Below, piece after piece: positions 63,320-64,000 of a stretch of DNA of 64,000 nt (position 1 is its first letter; each line of letters opens with the position of its first letter). The translations under genes were made by a program, and so were the position numbers. The notes under the pieces are model-generated. The model was not told where the DNA came from and made no database searches. It saw only the letters and a list, made by a program, of their open reading frames with translations. Source of the DNA: a virus; the IMG/VR virus record IMGVR_UViG_3300029893_000003, positions 9,110-73,109 of that record; one strand, given 5' to 3'.

Positions 63320-64000
63320 TGTTATCTCCGTATGACATAGAGAGAATAGTAATCGGGCTGACAGTACGCTATGGTAAGGAGCCTGCTACTATTTTAATGC
63401 CTGATCTAACACCCGATAAATTTGTGTTTGATGTAGATGGAAGCTTTGGTAAGGATCATTTAATTATCTGGTCTGCTATTTGTGAAACTTTTCTGGAAGA
63501 TCGCAAGCCACCTACCTTTCTAGAGTTGTCAAGCAACCTATCAGAAAACTATCTGGACTATGTACGCCAGCTTGTTCAGTCGCTAGAAAAGGACTACCTG
63601 ATTACAACGTATGATCCACAACAAACAGAGGAATATGGAATCCTGGTAGACAAACAGGGCGTCCTGTATAACTTTGCACAAATCTCAAAAGAGAATGGGA
63701 ACATTACAGCCACAGAAGACGCCTTCACCCGTAAAGTTAAATCAGTCAAAGATATTGAGGCGTGGGTATCCCAACAACTAGAACGCTACCACAGCCTGTT
63801 AAAGCTAGGAACGGGCGGGTATACTCATATTTCAAGCGCAGTAGAAAACACGCTTGAAAACTGGCGGCGCATGCGGCAAGGAGAACAGCTTGTTATTCTA
63901 CCATGTGGCATCCCCTCACTGATTGCCCACCAACTCTTTCCACTGGGCAAGATTGCGGTTATTCATGGTTTGTCTAGTGGCGGTAAGAGTGCTTTTGTGC
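63319..64000 (+). CDS. Replicative DnaB-like helicase, partial (runs off the window)
   Basis: Manual translation MLSPYDIERIV...CGIPSL...VIHGLSSGGKSAFV (Walker A); follows the primase. Confidence 0.7.
   Translation, partial: MLSPYDIERIVIGLTVRYGKEPATILMPDLTPDKFVFDVDGSFGKDHLIIWSAICETFLEDRKPPTFLELSSNLSENYLDYVRQLVQSLEKDYLITTYDPQQTEEYGILVDKQGVLYNFAQISKENGNITATEDAFTRKVKSVKDIEAWVSQQLERYHSLLKLGTGGYTHISSAVENTLENWRRMRQGEQLVILPCGIPSLIAHQLFPLGKIAVIHGLSSGGKSAFV

Overview
This window is a 64-kb piece of a large tailed dsDNA phage or prophage (about 45% GC, with higher-GC inserts). A Chloroflexota-like host is a tentative guess from the style of those inserts. The left arm (1-29.6 kb, minus strand) is the morphogenesis module: terminase small and large subunits, portal, head morphogenesis, prohead protease/scaffold, major capsid and tail-associated genes, followed by a glycosylation cluster (PseB-like dehydratase, a GT2 and a triple-GT fusion). 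The right arm (plus strand) holds early/anti-host genes (ArdC, three tandem paralogs plus a peptidase, Fic, HNH), a Ro60/TROVE gene and replication genes (UvrD-like helicase, primase, DnaB-like helicase). Mobile elements are four inteins (dehydratase, portal, TerL, UvrD), two tnpB-only IS200/IS605 elements, one deleted derivative and a pair of nested IS-end scars. The most striking content is non-coding RNA, all read by eye and unverified by computation: an 88-nt tmRNA-like RNA lacking the mRNA-like domain (50592-50679); a promoter-driven, ornate RNA of about 690 nt (34630-35318); a pseudoknotted RNA of about 350 nt (53368-53716); and an array of three Y-RNA-like genes (one YrlA type) punctuated by an atypical tRNA-like element directly upstream of Ro60, with a tRNA(CAT) downstream. 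All protein calls come from motif recognition, not database searches.
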